Source of the DNA: a virus
IMG/VR virus record: IMGVR_UViG_3300034166_000560
Direction: 5' to 3' (one strand)
Length of the DNA stretch: 64,000 nucleotides
The translations under genes and the position numbers were made by a program. The notes beneath the pieces were generated by a model, which was given only the letters and a program-made list of their open reading frames with translations, did not search any database and had not been told where the DNA came from. Positions 1 to 10,389 of the stretch are shown piece after piece (position 1 is the stretch's first letter; the number at the start of each line of letters is the position of its first letter).

Positions 1-1059
1 AAACTTCTTTTGGAAGTATAGGACGTCGTCCATTTGTCCCAGTGTCTGGCCACCTGGTAGGGTAGTAACCTCCGTACCTCTACCACCTTCACGGCGTGGT
101 AGCCAATAGTCTTCAAGCATCGTCATGAACTTACGATCGTCACGAATGTCACCAGTCTGTGCGTCGTAAATTAGACGGTTTTTATGCTTAACCATAATGT
201 CACGAACATACTGCTCTGCCTTCATTTTAGGAAGATTACCAACGTCAATATACCAAATACGACGTTCTGGCGCACGAGCAAGACGATAGATAACTAGAGC
301 GTCTTCCAATGTTCTTAACTGGTTAAGTGGCTTGATTGCTTTATGTAGATATGAGAGAACCATCGTTCCCTGATTGTCAGTAAGACCTGACACAATATGT
401 AGAACTGAATCCTTTGCGACCTTCAAACCAGTGGTTGATGGACCAACTGCCTTATTACCAAAGTTGAAACCCTTGTCATTGAAAATAAAATATTCGTTGA
501 CTGTCTTAGTTACAACTGCATCGCCAGGATTATTGGCTTGAATACGTTTCTTTTGAACTTCACGGACTTTACGGATCTTACGTGGATCAACGTAACGAAG
601 TTCTTTGATACCTTCATTTGGCGTTTTATCGTTGATAACGACATGATAATATAAACGACCGTCGATATACCAACGACGATAAATTTCATAAGCATATTTG
701 TTGAACTCTAACAAATTAAGACAATAATTAAACTCATCAGTAATCATTTTCTTAATATTGTCTGCAATTTTAAGATCGTCTAGATTAATAGTTACAACAT
801 GCTCTTCGTCAATCGCAATAGATTCATTAACAATTTCGTCAATAGCAGCGTCACATTCTGGCTGCAGAGACATTTCACGATATTTTGTAACAAGTTCTGC
901 TTCTGATCTTACTGTACCATCAAGGTCAACATACGTTCCGAATGCACCGCCTGCAGATACGACTACTGCTCCATCATCCGTATTACTTGGTGGGGTAAAG
1001 GATGGGAGTTCTTCTTCTTTAACTTTTTTACGGAATTCGAAACCGAAAAATTCTGCCAT
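1..1059 (-). CDS. gp20: Portal vertex protein, 5' part (runs off window start; absent from ORF track)
   Basis: Manual translation from ATG at 1059: MAEFFGFEFRKK...TYVDLDGTVRSEAELVTKYREMSLQPECDAAIDEIVNE...SYLHKAIKPLNQLRTLEDALVIYRLARAPERRIWYIDVGNLP; GGAG RBS; follows gp19 in T4 order. Confidence 0.95.
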   Translation of the reverse strand, partial: MAEFFGFEFRKKVKEEELPSFTPPSNTDDGAVVVSAGGAFGTYVDLDGTVRSEAELVTKYREMSLQPECDAAIDEIVNESIAIDEEHVVTINLDDLKIADNIKKMITDEFNYCLNLLEFNKYAYEIYRRWYIDGRLYYHVVINDKTPNEGIKELRYVDPRKIRKVREVQKKRIQANNPGDAVVTKTVNEYFIFNDKGFNFGNKAVGPSTTGLKVAKDSVLHIVSGLTDNQGTMVLSYLHKAIKPLNQLRTLEDALVIYRLARAPERRIWYIDVGNLPKMKAEQYVRDIMVKHKNRLIYDAQTGDIRDDRKFMTMLEDYWLPRREGGRGTEVTTLPGGQTLGQMDDVLYFQKKF

Positions 1060-1069
1060 TTATTTCTCC

Positions 1070-1100
1070 AAAAAACGAGGGGAGAGTTACTCCCCTCTTC
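1070..1100 (-). terminator. Rho-independent terminator after gp19
   Basis: Minus strand GAGGGGAG-TAACT-CTCCCCTC followed by GTTTTTT. Confidence 0.75.
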
Positions 1101-1117
1101 ATCTTATACTTATAATA

Positions 1118-1732
1118 TTACGATGGACCGTTTGGACCGTCGATGACTGACTGCGGACCATATAGGTTTACGCCACCAGCCTTCTTATCGGAAGCCTCAA
1201 TTACTGGAACCCAATAATCGTAAGCAAATGCGACAGTAAATTCTTCAATTGCGTTTGCAGAATTCCAGTCAACACCAATACCGCTAATAGCAGTTGGGAA
1301 AGCGCCAACTAGAAGATAAGAACGAATGTCAGAACCATCGACACTATACTGAATAATTTCTAGATCGGCTTTATACTGCTCCTGAGCGACAGCTGGATCA
1401 CGAACGTTAGCAACCATACGATTGATAGCGTTTGACCATGCTTCGAACATAGAACGAACAGCGAAATCTTCGTCGTTCATTACAGTTACTGACCAATCAG
1501 AGAAAGTTCTTTCGCCAGCAACCTTAACCTTACGACCAAAATATGGAACGTCGATTGAGCTTACTGTTGATTCTGGTAGTTCCGCTGCACGACAAACGAA
1601 GCGGAACTTGTCTACTGAAACCAAATCAATGCCAATCCCAACAGGAACTGATAGGAAAACATTGAAGAGGGATGGTCTGGCACCACCATATACCAGACCA
1701 TTTGATTTGAAAGCTGCGATATTAAATGGCAT
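1118..1732 (-). CDS. gp19: Tail tube protein
   Basis: GGARPSLF, CRAAELP, VPYFGRKVKVAGERTFSDW, IEEFTVAFAYDYW; synteny. Confidence 0.95.
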   Translation of the reverse strand: MPFNIAAFKSNGLVYGGARPSLFNVFLSVPVGIGIDLVSVDKFRFVCRAAELPESTVSSIDVPYFGRKVKVAGERTFSDWSVTVMNDEDFAVRSMFEAWSNAINRMVANVRDPAVAQEQYKADLEIIQYSVDGSDIRSYLLVGAFPTAISGIGVDWNSANAIEEFTVAFAYDYWVPVIEASDKKAGGVNLYGPQSVIDGPNGPS

Positions 1733-1762
1733 CTAGTTACTCCTTTGAGTTTTATCTATTTA

Positions 1763-4339
1763 TTAAAACTTGCCAACAACTTCAGAGAACTGTACTCCAG
1801 AAGGAACAGCAACGAAGTTAAGCTGGATGAAGTTGATGCTTCTCGCAGGTTTAATATAGATGTCGCCAACAAACTGGTTACTATCGATAACCTGTGGAGT
1901 ATTGTTGGTGTCATCACATACAACTAGGAAGTCAGTGATACCACGACGACCCTGAACAGTTCTTAGGTATGGTGTTACAAGGTTCTTGAACTGTGCTCTA
2001 GTGAATGCATCGTTGAACTCGAATAGTGAGTACTTAGCAGATACAGAGATAGCCTTTTCAAGAACGATAAACAATCTGCGAACGTTAATACGATCGAATG
2101 CAGATGGTTTAGCCTGTAGAGTCTTATCACCGAATAGAACAGTTCCCTGTCCAGGTGAAGTAACAACTGGGTTAATACCGTTTGAATAAATTACATCACG
2201 TTCAGCCTTGCGTGGGTTCCAAGCAAGTTTGATTACGTTCTTGATCTGACCACGGTTGTAACCAGCTGGCGACCACCAAGCGTCGTTTGTGTTATCAGTG
2301 CGTACGCATGTACCAGCGATATCACCATTGAGCGGAACCCAACGATATAGATCGTTATACTTATCATACTGATACTTATAACCTGAATCCATCACAGCGT
2401 ATGAAGAACTATGAAGAGCGTTTCTCCAGTTCTTTAGGCTTGATGCTTCGTTACCAAGGTTATTAAGAACCATATTCTTGTCTGGTGAAATCAGAACAAT
2501 ACAATCTTTTCTTGTTTCAACTAGGTTATCGATTAGATAATTTGCTAGCTGATAATTTTGGATTGTCTGACCACCAACAACAGTAGTTCCACCAATTGGT
2601 TTACCCTGAAGAACTAGGCTGATATCGATATCTTCTGCTGATTGGAACAAATCATAAGCAGCACCGACAATTGACAGAGTTGCTGTAGATTCATTAAGAC
2701 CGTCAGCGCCTAGTGAGAAATTGGCGTTCAACGGAGCAGTAGCTGAAGAATTTGTTAGGTTTAGACCAGTATTTGAAGTGGCCTGTGAACGGTCATGAGC
2801 CCACCAAACATATTCAGAAACCTGATTAATTACATCTTTATAATAATTAGATGTACCGTCAGCAGTCTTTGCGTCTGTAGCACGTGATAGACCCTTGAAA
2901 GTTTCTAGAACTGTACCTGGAGTTCCGCTGAACAAACCGTCTTCGTCAACAACTACGACGTGAAGTTCGTCGTGAGCAGAAGTGTTACCGTTATAAAGCT
3001 GCCAATCTGACTGACCTGGAGCAGTTTCAACAACGTTGAAGAACTCCCAATTACGCTGAATTGTGTTTGAAACATAATTCTCACGAAGTCTATATGGGTC
3101 TTCGAAATTAATCTTTAGAACATTAGTGTTTGATACAAATGTTCCAGAAGCATTCGAAGCAGCTGCTGTTACGCTAACAACGCTTCCATATGAAGTAGTT
3201 GAAAGTTTGAATCCAGAACTATTAGCATGAACAATGTAGTAGTTAGTTCCTGAAGTCAAACCAGTAATTTCAGAATTGCCTGCAGCGTTAGCGTAAACAA
3301 CTGTTTCACCGTTACTGAATGGGTGTCCAGAAGCTGTAATGAATCCAGTATTGCTATTGATGTCTGTATCAGTACCAGTAACAGAAGCATTAGCTACAAC
3401 GTTGCCGTTCAAGACATAAGTGTTTGAAACAGTAACACCAGTAACCTGTAGATACTGCATACCAATAGAAGCATTTCCAGCGAGAATCTGATCGCCAACA
3501 GAAATTAGAGCAGAAACAGCATTAGCCGAAGCGTTAGTTGTTCCTGTGAACATAACTAGACCTGCATTAGAGCCAACTCTAAAATCAATCATAGTAGTTA
3601 TAGAAGAGTTAGTAACAGCAATGTTTGACTGGAAGCTGCTTGCGTTATCACAAACACCAATTCTTAGAGAGTTACCAAGAGCTCCTGGGTATTTCGCCAC
3701 ATAGGTAATATCGTAATCAAAAAGACCATCTTTTGTTAGATAATGTTCTTCGTTTTTTACGATTTGATTAACTAGGTTAGCGACAATACCGTTAGAAGAA
3801 GCAGTATTAGAATCGAATGCAACCGCTGTATAAGCAGTTTCAGGACGACCAAAATAGAAAGAAGTAATACCGTTTGCTAATGGATTTGCAGAAAGAACGA
3901 TAGCTGAAGTGTTCTTAGAAAGAACTGTGATGTTTTCTCCAGCAGGTCTAACAGTATTATTTGAAGACTGTGTTACATACATTCCAACTTCAATATTATT
4001 AAGAGAAGTAGAATTAGCTATAGTGTAAGCATTGATTGCAGTATTACCAACAGCCAATGCCCATGGAGTTGATCCACTAGTATTAGCGGCACGTGAAACC
4101 CATAGACGGTTGGCGTATGAAAGGAAGTTAGCAGCTGTGAACCAAGTCTCAGCATTAAAATTGGTTGGCTTTGCGAATCTTGCTACTAGCTGATTTTCGG
4201 AATCGACTAGTACTCTTTCGCCGATTGGACCCCAACGGAATACGCCAGCAAAAGCGCCATCTGAAGTGGCTACTGCTGGAACGACTGTTGTAAGATCGAT
4301 CTCTGATACGTTAACACCTGGGCTTAGTTGAAATGCCAT
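1763..4339 (-). CDS. gp18: Tail sheath protein with inserted outer domains
   Basis: SPGVNVSEIDLT N-terminus; WWSPAGYNRG, FDRINVRRLF, IYIKPARSINFIQLNF C-terminus; 858 aa, longer than T4 gp18. Confidence 0.95.
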   Translation of the reverse strand: MAFQLSPGVNVSEIDLTTVVPAVATSDGAFAGVFRWGPIGERVLVDSENQLVARFAKPTNFNAETWFTAANFLSYANRLWVSRAANTSGSTPWALAVGNTAINAYTIANSTSLNNIEVGMYVTQSSNNTVRPAGENITVLSKNTSAIVLSANPLANGITSFYFGRPETAYTAVAFDSNTASSNGIVANLVNQIVKNEEHYLTKDGLFDYDITYVAKYPGALGNSLRIGVCDNASSFQSNIAVTNSSITTMIDFRVGSNAGLVMFTGTTNASANAVSALISVGDQILAGNASIGMQYLQVTGVTVSNTYVLNGNVVANASVTGTDTDINSNTGFITASGHPFSNGETVVYANAAGNSEITGLTSGTNYYIVHANSSGFKLSTTSYGSVVSVTAAASNASGTFVSNTNVLKINFEDPYRLRENYVSNTIQRNWEFFNVVETAPGQSDWQLYNGNTSAHDELHVVVVDEDGLFSGTPGTVLETFKGLSRATDAKTADGTSNYYKDVINQVSEYVWWAHDRSQATSNTGLNLTNSSATAPLNANFSLGADGLNESTATLSIVGAAYDLFQSAEDIDISLVLQGKPIGGTTVVGGQTIQNYQLANYLIDNLVETRKDCIVLISPDKNMVLNNLGNEASSLKNWRNALHSSSYAVMDSGYKYQYDKYNDLYRWVPLNGDIAGTCVRTDNTNDAWWSPAGYNRGQIKNVIKLAWNPRKAERDVIYSNGINPVVTSPGQGTVLFGDKTLQAKPSAFDRINVRRLFIVLEKAISVSAKYSLFEFNDAFTRAQFKNLVTPYLRTVQGRRGITDFLVVCDDTNNTPQVIDSNQFVGDIYIKPARSINFIQLNFVAVPSGVQFSEVVGKF

Positions 4340-4382
4340 CTCTATATCTCCCTATTGCGAGAACTTGGTTATTATTTCATTA

Positions 4383-4390
4383 TATTTATA
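4383..4390 (-). promoter_or_regulatory. T4-type late promoter TATAAATA upstream of gp18
   Basis: Exact TATAAATA on minus strand in the intergenic gap; gp33 is present in the window. Confidence 0.8.
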
Positions 4391-4402
4391 AAATAAGCCT
4401 CT

Positions 4403-6043
4403 TTAGAACATGTCAGGGGTGTTCCACATCCAGGCATCAGGGACATATTTCTCATAATCTTCTTCGATAAAATCGTCTCTACCGGAGTCGATAAAACCAA
4501 ATGGAGCCATGTCCTGCTCCATATCATCTTCTGTTTTATCCCTCAAAGAATTGAGGGTGTTAATATTAGTGTAATCTTTAAAATATTGTTGGTCTGACAA
4601 CCAAGCAAAAAGAACCAAACACATTACCAAGTCGTCGTGTTTTCCTGGTTCAGCTTCATAGGAATTTCCTTTTTTCGAAAAGGTTCCTAATTCGCTGATA
4701 GTGTTTACTTCGTTGACGATAAGCTGATTCTGTTCCACCAGAAGTTTTAAAATCGAACAACCGACTGACTTAACGATTTTGGTAGTTCTAATTCCCTTAT
4801 CAACATTCGTTCCACCGAAACCAGCAGTGATTCTTTTTCCAGATCGACCAGCGTTTTCGGTAAACAAAATATGCTCATAACCAAAATCATAATGAAGCGA
4901 GTGAGAAACCTGCTCGCCGATATCGTTTACCTCGACCAGAACAGAAGCATTATTATAGGCTTTTGCTACTCGGTGGATAACGTCGGCGTAGTCGACTGGA
5001 GTGATATTATTATTTCTATAAACCGCCGCCTGTTGATAAGGCATTTTAGTAACATCAACTAACTGAAAAGCTGAATAGTCCAAACCTTTACCACGAGAAA
5101 CGTCGCAGACCATCATATATATGCGACCCTCTTCTGGCTTAAAAAACTGTGTAAGTCCATCTTTTTGTAGAATAGGAGCTTGAGCCACTAGTTCTTTCAG
5201 TTTCCAACCAGCAATAAGCGAACCTGACGAACCCAAGAACTCACAGTTATATTCCTGATCGAACTTCTCGAGATCGAAGTTCATACCAGCAAGAGTGTCT
5301 TGTTTCCACTTTTCGTCTCGACCTGGAACGCTAGTCCAGTGAACCAAGATCGGATGATATCCATTTTTACCAAGTTGAGCGTTAGCCCAAGTAGCATGGA
5401 AGTGGTTTAGACCGTTCGGCGTGGAAACTAGAATAATTTTAGAATCCAAACCAGAAGAAATCGTAGGGTAAACTGAGGTGAAGAATTCATCCCAGTTCTC
5501 AATGAACGCCGCTTCGTCGATGAATAGAAGGTTGATGGTGTAACCACGAATAGCAGAAGCAGAAGTCGCAGCAGCCAAAACACGGCTGTTATTTTCAAGA
5601 ACGAATGAACCTTTATTCCATTCAACAACGCCTTGCTGAAGCCATTTAGGAAGATGCTGGTAGGCAAGCTGGACACGACCAAGAATTTCTCGAGCCGTAT
5701 CGCCCTTATTGGCTAGTAGAGCGACAGTTTTATCAGCATGGAAAATGATATACCAAAGAATAAAAGCGCAGGTAGTAGTTGACTTACCTGCCTGACGAGC
5801 CGTAGTAACGATCGTATAACGATTGTCTTTGAAGGATTTAACCATATCCTTCTGATATTCATACATATGAAAGCTAGTAAGACCCTCGTTGATCGAGATA
5901 ATCTTCATATAGTTTTCTGTAAAATATACGGGATCGTTCTGACACTTAACGTATTCCTGGAGTAATTCAGGAGTCCATTCAATATTCTGATTTGTTTTCT
6001 TTAGAAGAACATTACCCTTATAACCACCACTCAAATCATTCAT
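4403..6043 (-). CDS. gp17: Terminase large subunit
   Basis: ARQAGKST Walker A, LLFIDEAAF Walker B, DVSRGKGLDYS and HDDLVM nuclease motifs. Confidence 0.97.
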   Translation of the reverse strand: MNDLSGGYKGNVLLKKTNQNIEWTPELLQEYVKCQNDPVYFTENYMKIISINEGLTSFHMYEYQKDMVKSFKDNRYTIVTTARQAGKSTTTCAFILWYIIFHADKTVALLANKGDTAREILGRVQLAYQHLPKWLQQGVVEWNKGSFVLENNSRVLAAATSASAIRGYTINLLFIDEAAFIENWDEFFTSVYPTISSGLDSKIILVSTPNGLNHFHATWANAQLGKNGYHPILVHWTSVPGRDEKWKQDTLAGMNFDLEKFDQEYNCEFLGSSGSLIAGWKLKELVAQAPILQKDGLTQFFKPEEGRIYMMVCDVSRGKGLDYSAFQLVDVTKMPYQQAAVYRNNNITPVDYADVIHRVAKAYNNASVLVEVNDIGEQVSHSLHYDFGYEHILFTENAGRSGKRITAGFGGTNVDKGIRTTKIVKSVGCSILKLLVEQNQLIVNEVNTISELGTFSKKGNSYEAEPGKHDDLVMCLVLFAWLSDQQYFKDYTNINTLNSLRDKTEDDMEQDMAPFGFIDSGRDDFIEEDYEKYVPDAWMWNTPDMF

Positions 6044-6452
6044 TGTTCTTCATTTCCTTAAGAACTTTTTGCAATTCGGCTGTAGAGCCAACGAATAGGT
6101 TGTTATGAATAGTCTGGGCTTTCTCGCTGATCGGAGAATCTTTAGCATCAATCTCACGAATTTTGGTTTGAAGTTCCAGCAATTCTTTGTTGGTGCTTAC
6201 CATTGTATCCATAAGTTTAGCCAAAACTTCGAACGCACGTGGATGCTGAGACTGGCCAGCTATTTCTGCTAGCTTGTCCATAGCTTCTTGACCTGTTGAG
6301 ATTACTTCGTAGAGATTAGCACGTGCCGCTTCGAAATCATTCCTTGCGGAATCATCGTGAGCCTTTGCTATTAAATCGTCAACTTGTTTTTCAAACGTCA
6401 TTGCAGGAAGACCGAGAGCCTTCCCGATTGGATCTTTATCTTCTTCGCTCAT
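6036..6452 (-). CDS. gp16: Terminase small subunit
   Basis: HPRAFEV and NNLFVGSTAELQK motifs; immediately upstream of gp17. Confidence 0.9.
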   Translation of the reverse strand: MSEEDKDPIGKALGLPAMTFEKQVDDLIAKAHDDSARNDFEAARANLYEVISTGQEAMDKLAEIAGQSQHPRAFEVLAKLMDTMVSTNKELLELQTKIREIDAKDSPISEKAQTIHNNLFVGSTAELQKVLKEMKNNE

Positions 6453-7318
6453 TAAATCTCATCATTGTTATAAATCATAGTAATGAAACCGTAGTCATCA
6501 TCAGCTTCAATTTCAGTATATGGTATAGTTCCAGTGCTTGTGTTTGGACCACCAGTCCAGTTTATCGCCACTCCTGTGTTCGATAATCCTGGTTGTATCG
6601 TGATCTTTTCTGCGATTTCAGTGTTGCCAACTGCATCTGAGAGTTTACCATCTGCGACTTGAGGTATATAAAAGTTAGTATTGATGAACTTAATAATACC
6701 AGATTTTTTAACAGGTCCATAGAAGTACCCCTTTAATACGAAGTCCAAAGACCATATGATCATTCTGCGATCTTTATAGTCTCCATCGTATTTATCTTCG
6801 TAATTAATATTTGTTAATATAATAGGAATATCCATTGTAATTTCCATTTCCGGAATTAGATTACAAGTGGTAGTCCAATCTGGAGTAAAATATGGAAGGA
6901 TTTGTTCCATGATTTTAGTTCCATCCTCAACGTTCTTAACGTAGATAAATGCCTTGAAAGAAATATTATATGGAACTGGGTTGTATTGATATTTCAATTT
7001 GCTAGGAGACCCAGCAATAGCAGTATTAACTACGCTTTTTCCGATAGTGTTTAGTTTTCTTGAACCATCATATTTGACTTCACCCATCTCAAAAGAAATC
7101 ATGGGTAATGGACCTACTGCAGTTCCTCTGTCTAAGGCAGGATCCTGCATAATACGAGCAAGCATTTTGTCTTTTGGTCCATATGTAATTGGAACTTTAA
7201 GAAGTGCAGTTGTATTACCAGAGCTATCCGTTCTGGTAATACGAATATTATTAAGCAAAGTACCCATAAGGATAACATATTTGCGCATTAAACTGAAATA
7301 AAACGGAGCGCCGAACAT
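6452..7318 (-). CDS. gp15: Tail sheath stabiliser/completion protein
   Basis: KVPITYGPKDK, PVPYNI, EQILPYFTP, KGYFYGP motifs. Confidence 0.92.
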   Translation of the reverse strand: MFGAPFYFSLMRKYVILMGTLLNNIRITRTDSSGNTTALLKVPITYGPKDKMLARIMQDPALDRGTAVGPLPMISFEMGEVKYDGSRKLNTIGKSVVNTAIAGSPSKLKYQYNPVPYNISFKAFIYVKNVEDGTKIMEQILPYFTPDWTTTCNLIPEMEITMDIPIILTNINYEDKYDGDYKDRRMIIWSLDFVLKGYFYGPVKKSGIIKFINTNFYIPQVADGKLSDAVGNTEIAEKITIQPGLSNTGVAINWTGGPNTSTGTIPYTEIEADDDYGFITMIYNNDEI

Positions 7319-8040
7319 TAAATGTTTCCTTCGCTAAATGGGTCTGCCGAAGTAAAGTCAACGAACAGATCTGATTCTCTTTGGATCTCGTCGCCGTCGT
7401 CAGCGATAACAAGGTCTGATGCAGATTTGCCTTCTAGAATTAGATAATCGTCATCTTCAGTCTTAATTTCTCCACCGAATTCGTCATTAATTGTCCAATC
7501 AAGAACATTAGTGCTATAGTTCTGTTGGATGATATCAATTTCTGGTATGCCTGTGCTGAATTTTTCTCCAGCGTAATCAAACACTTCACAAGTCATTTCC
7601 CATGTTTGTAAAGCGCCCAACTGATAAAACATTTCATATTTGTTAACGTAACGAATAACAAAACAACGTTGATTTAGCGGGAAATATATAATATCACCTT
7701 CGTTTGGTCTCACTTGAGTAGTATATTCGCCAACGTCTTCGCTAAATCTTCTTCTAGCAATAGAGAATACAACTTGATTGCGTATTTCAACGCCAAATTT
7801 TGATAGGAATTCTCCATCACCAGTAAACCCATCAATAGATTTGATATACATTTCTATTGGATAAGCGACTTCGTAACTAGAAACATCATCAGCGCCATAA
7901 ACTTCGTCGTAATTATTTAATTTACGAGGAATATAATATACATCATGACCGTAAATACGAATTGCTTCAATAACTAAATCTTCAAGAAGTAGTTGTTCTT
8001 GCGATGCTTGGAAGTTATTGAAGAAGAAATTAGTGGCCAT
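7318..8040 (-). CDS. gp14: Neck protein
   Basis: EAIRIYGHDVYYIPR, RPNEGDIIYFP, FYQLG motifs. Confidence 0.92.
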   Translation of the reverse strand: MATNFFFNNFQASQEQLLLEDLVIEAIRIYGHDVYYIPRKLNNYDEVYGADDVSSYEVAYPIEMYIKSIDGFTGDGEFLSKFGVEIRNQVVFSIARRRFSEDVGEYTTQVRPNEGDIIYFPLNQRCFVIRYVNKYEMFYQLGALQTWEMTCEVFDYAGEKFSTGIPEIDIIQQNYSTNVLDWTINDEFGGEIKTEDDDYLILEGKSASDLVIADDGDEIQRESDLFVDFTSADPFSEGNI

Positions 8041-8042
8041 GA

Positions 8043-8783
8043 TTATCCGATCATATCAGTTGCAGGCAAGCTGTATGTGTAAATCATTTCCTGTTCAAGC
8101 TGCTGTCTTTCTGCAGTCGCTTCATCATAAATTTGCTGTCCATTGAACTCGATTCCGCCTGGAAGTTTCATTCCACGGAACTTCTTCATATTCTGACCCC
8201 ACTGCTGTTTAATAAGGCAAGAAGCATATCTAGCAAGCCAACGATCGCCCCAAGCATCAGTATAAACGGCAGGGTCGACGACCTGATACGCTTCAACAAT
8301 AAGATAGTTGTCAACAGCGACCTGATCCCAAGACATATCAATATAAAGTTTATTGACATGACGGTTATATCTCAATGGTTGTTTACCAACCAGCATCTGT
8401 TCTAGGAACTGAACATGATTCATGGCCATATAATATGGAACCATAGAAACCGATGTAAGGGTGTAAAGATCGTTAAGAGCGATCTGATAACGAATATTGA
8501 ATAGGTTGTTCAACCCTAAAGCAGAACCAAGATCGAATATATTAACAACACCAATAATGTTTTCTGGCATTGTGATATACTTGTTATCGATATCGGTTTG
8601 GGTAATTACCTTTTTATAATAAGTTTTTTCCGAACCATCGAAGTGATAATCCCAATAATAACGTAGAGCCTCGTCGATACGATCGCCTACCTGGTCCTCG
8701 TCAACGTTGATTTCAATAACTGGCTTGCCTAGTTTTCTAAGGCAATATTCGGTGAACTCTGCTCTTGATGTTGGTACAGCCAT
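8043..8783 (-). CDS. gp13: Neck protein
   Basis: YCLRKLGKPVIEINV, KQQWGQNMKKFRGMKLPGG motifs. Confidence 0.92.
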   Translation of the reverse strand: MAVPTSRAEFTEYCLRKLGKPVIEINVDEDQVGDRIDEALRYYWDYHFDGSEKTYYKKVITQTDIDNKYITMPENIIGVVNIFDLGSALGLNNLFNIRYQIALNDLYTLTSVSMVPYYMAMNHVQFLEQMLVGKQPLRYNRHVNKLYIDMSWDQVAVDNYLIVEAYQVVDPAVYTDAWGDRWLARYASCLIKQQWGQNMKKFRGMKLPGGIEFNGQQIYDEATAERQQLEQEMIYTYSLPATDMIG

Positions 8784-8784
8784 G

Positions 8785-9750
8785 TTACTTGATTCTTTCG
8801 TTTAATTGTTTGATAGCCTCAATTAACAAAGGAACGATTCTTTCATATTTAACGGCTTTAGTTCCATCTGGTCTAGTAGCGACTGCTTCTGGCAGAACCG
8901 CTTCGATCTGATGAGCAAGAACACCAACGTCGTGTTTACGAACGAAATAACCATCTTCGCCGCCGTGCTCTTTAATATATTCGTCTGTCCAATCGAACTC
9001 CACACCATCCAAAGATAGAACTTTTTCTAGTGCGTTTGAAAGGTTTGACACGTTTTCTTTAAGAGAAGCATCTGAAGAATAATAAGCAGTGATGTTATTA
9101 TAGGCACGAATTTCGCCAGTTGTTCCAGAGGCTGGTGTTCCAACGCCAAGAGACTGAATCTGAGAAACACCAGTTGTTACTGAGGTGTTCATAGTCGTAA
9201 CGCCAGAAATAGTGACGTTGTTACTCATATTAACGAGTCTAAGATTTGTAGTAGAACTTGTTACGTTAAGAGTTCCGCCAATAACAGCGCTTCCAGTAAC
9301 ATTAATATCAGAACTGAAACTACCGTTACCGCTAAAACTCATCTGATTGGAGAAAGTAACAGCTCCAGTAACTGTTAATGTATTAGCGAAAGTTGCAGCC
9401 CCGTTTACGTTCAAAGGTCCACTAAACGAACCATTACCACTGAAACTCATCTGATTGGAGAAAGTGGCTTGACCAGTAACTGTTATTGAATTAGCAAACG
9501 TAGTAGCGCCAACAACATTTAAATTACCAGTAACATTTGCAGTAGAAACTGTTGCCACATTTAAAGTAGCGTTTCCTGTAGCTTGGAAATTACCAACAAC
9601 ATTGGCCCATCCGAAAACTTCAGAATTACCATTAACTGTCAGGACTTGACCTGGAGTCAATGTGCCAATACCAACCTTCCCGTTTCTAACAGAAAGAAGG
9701 CTGGTATTTACAATAAGACCATTTTTTACTACGAAATCGTTATTAGCCAT
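8785..9750 (-). CDS. Tail fibre/spike with C-terminal S74 autocleaving chaperone
   Basis: Beta-rich repeats, then YYSSDASLKENV...GVLAHQIEAVLPEAV...VKYERIVPLLIEAIKQL. Confidence 0.85.
   Translation of the reverse strand: MANNDFVVKNGLIVNTSLLSVRNGKVGIGTLTPGQVLTVNGNSEVFGWANVVGNFQATGNATLNVATVSTANVTGNLNVVGATTFANSITVTGQATFSNQMSFSGNGSFSGPLNVNGAATFANTLTVTGAVTFSNQMSFSGNGSFSSDINVTGSAVIGGTLNVTSSTTNLRLVNMSNNVTISGVTTMNTSVTTGVSQIQSLGVGTPASGTTGEIRAYNNITAYYSSDASLKENVSNLSNALEKVLSLDGVEFDWTDEYIKEHGGEDGYFVRKHDVGVLAHQIEAVLPEAVATRPDGTKAVKYERIVPLLIEAIKQLNERIK
9316..9466 (-). repeat. Internal duplication encoding TFSNQMSFSGNGSFS twice
   Basis: AAACTCATCTGATTGGAGAAAGT occurs twice on the plus strand, about 100 bp apart. 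Confidence 0.7.
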
Positions 9751-9783
9751 GGTTCCCTTTCCCCTATGGTTCTTTTAATGTAT

Positions 9784-10374
9784 TTATTTAAACTTTGGAC
9801 CCTCCACCCAAACAGCGATAAATTTTCTGACCCCTTTGGTAACAGGTTTTATTCTGTAATTCATCCAAGAAGGAAACGCAATAACTTTACCTTTGTCTAA
9901 ATTAATCTTTACTGGTCTTTCTACAGAGCCCATAATTAACTCAATTTCTCCGCCCTCAAAATCTATATCTTGCTGATTCAAAGCCATGATCAAAGTAAGT
10001 TTTCTGGTTTCTTTTTTTAGAGATTCAGCGTTTGGAAAATCTTCTAAAACAATATCCATATGCCAATCGCAGCTACCTTTGTTTTCTTGATCGTAAACCC
10101 CGTATTGAAACGTTTTATAACCATTCAATTCAAAGCCATAAAACTCATTATTGATACATGATATTACATTATTTAAACGATTAAAGATCCAAAAAGTGTC
10201 TTCTTCTTTATGGAAGAAATTTATTTTATTGAAATAATTATTTGACCTTTTATTATCGCAAATACCAACTATAGAATCTATTTCTTCTTCGTTAAAAGAA
10301 TTTTCCCACCAAACATAAGGATAAGTTACATGACTTCTTTCATAAGGTTCGTTAGATATACAATTATATCTCAT
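9784..10374 (-). CDS. 2OG-Fe(II) oxygenase, prolyl-4-hydroxylase-like; distal His missing
   Basis: DWHMD, RKLT, FEGGE, FPSWMNYRIKPVTKGVR; paralog of 10390..11016. Confidence 0.85.
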   Translation of the reverse strand: MRYNCISNEPYERSHVTYPYVWWENSFNEEEIDSIVGICDNKRSNNYFNKINFFHKEEDTFWIFNRLNNVISCINNEFYGFELNGYKTFQYGVYDQENKGSCDWHMDIVLEDFPNAESLKKETRKLTLIMALNQQDIDFEGGEIELIMGSVERPVKINLDKGKVIAFPSWMNYRIKPVTKGVRKFIAVWVEGPKFK

Positions 10375-10389
10375 AATAAAATCCTCTAA

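Noticed and set aside
510-1150. ORF-track calls 510..695 and 758..1150
   Set aside because: They overlap the portal gene gp20, which runs off the window and was not called
1763-6043. Intein or intron in the enlarged sheath or the terminase
   Set aside because: No intein splice or LAGLIDADG motifs; the terminase is uninterrupted and the extra sheath length is beta-rich insertion domains
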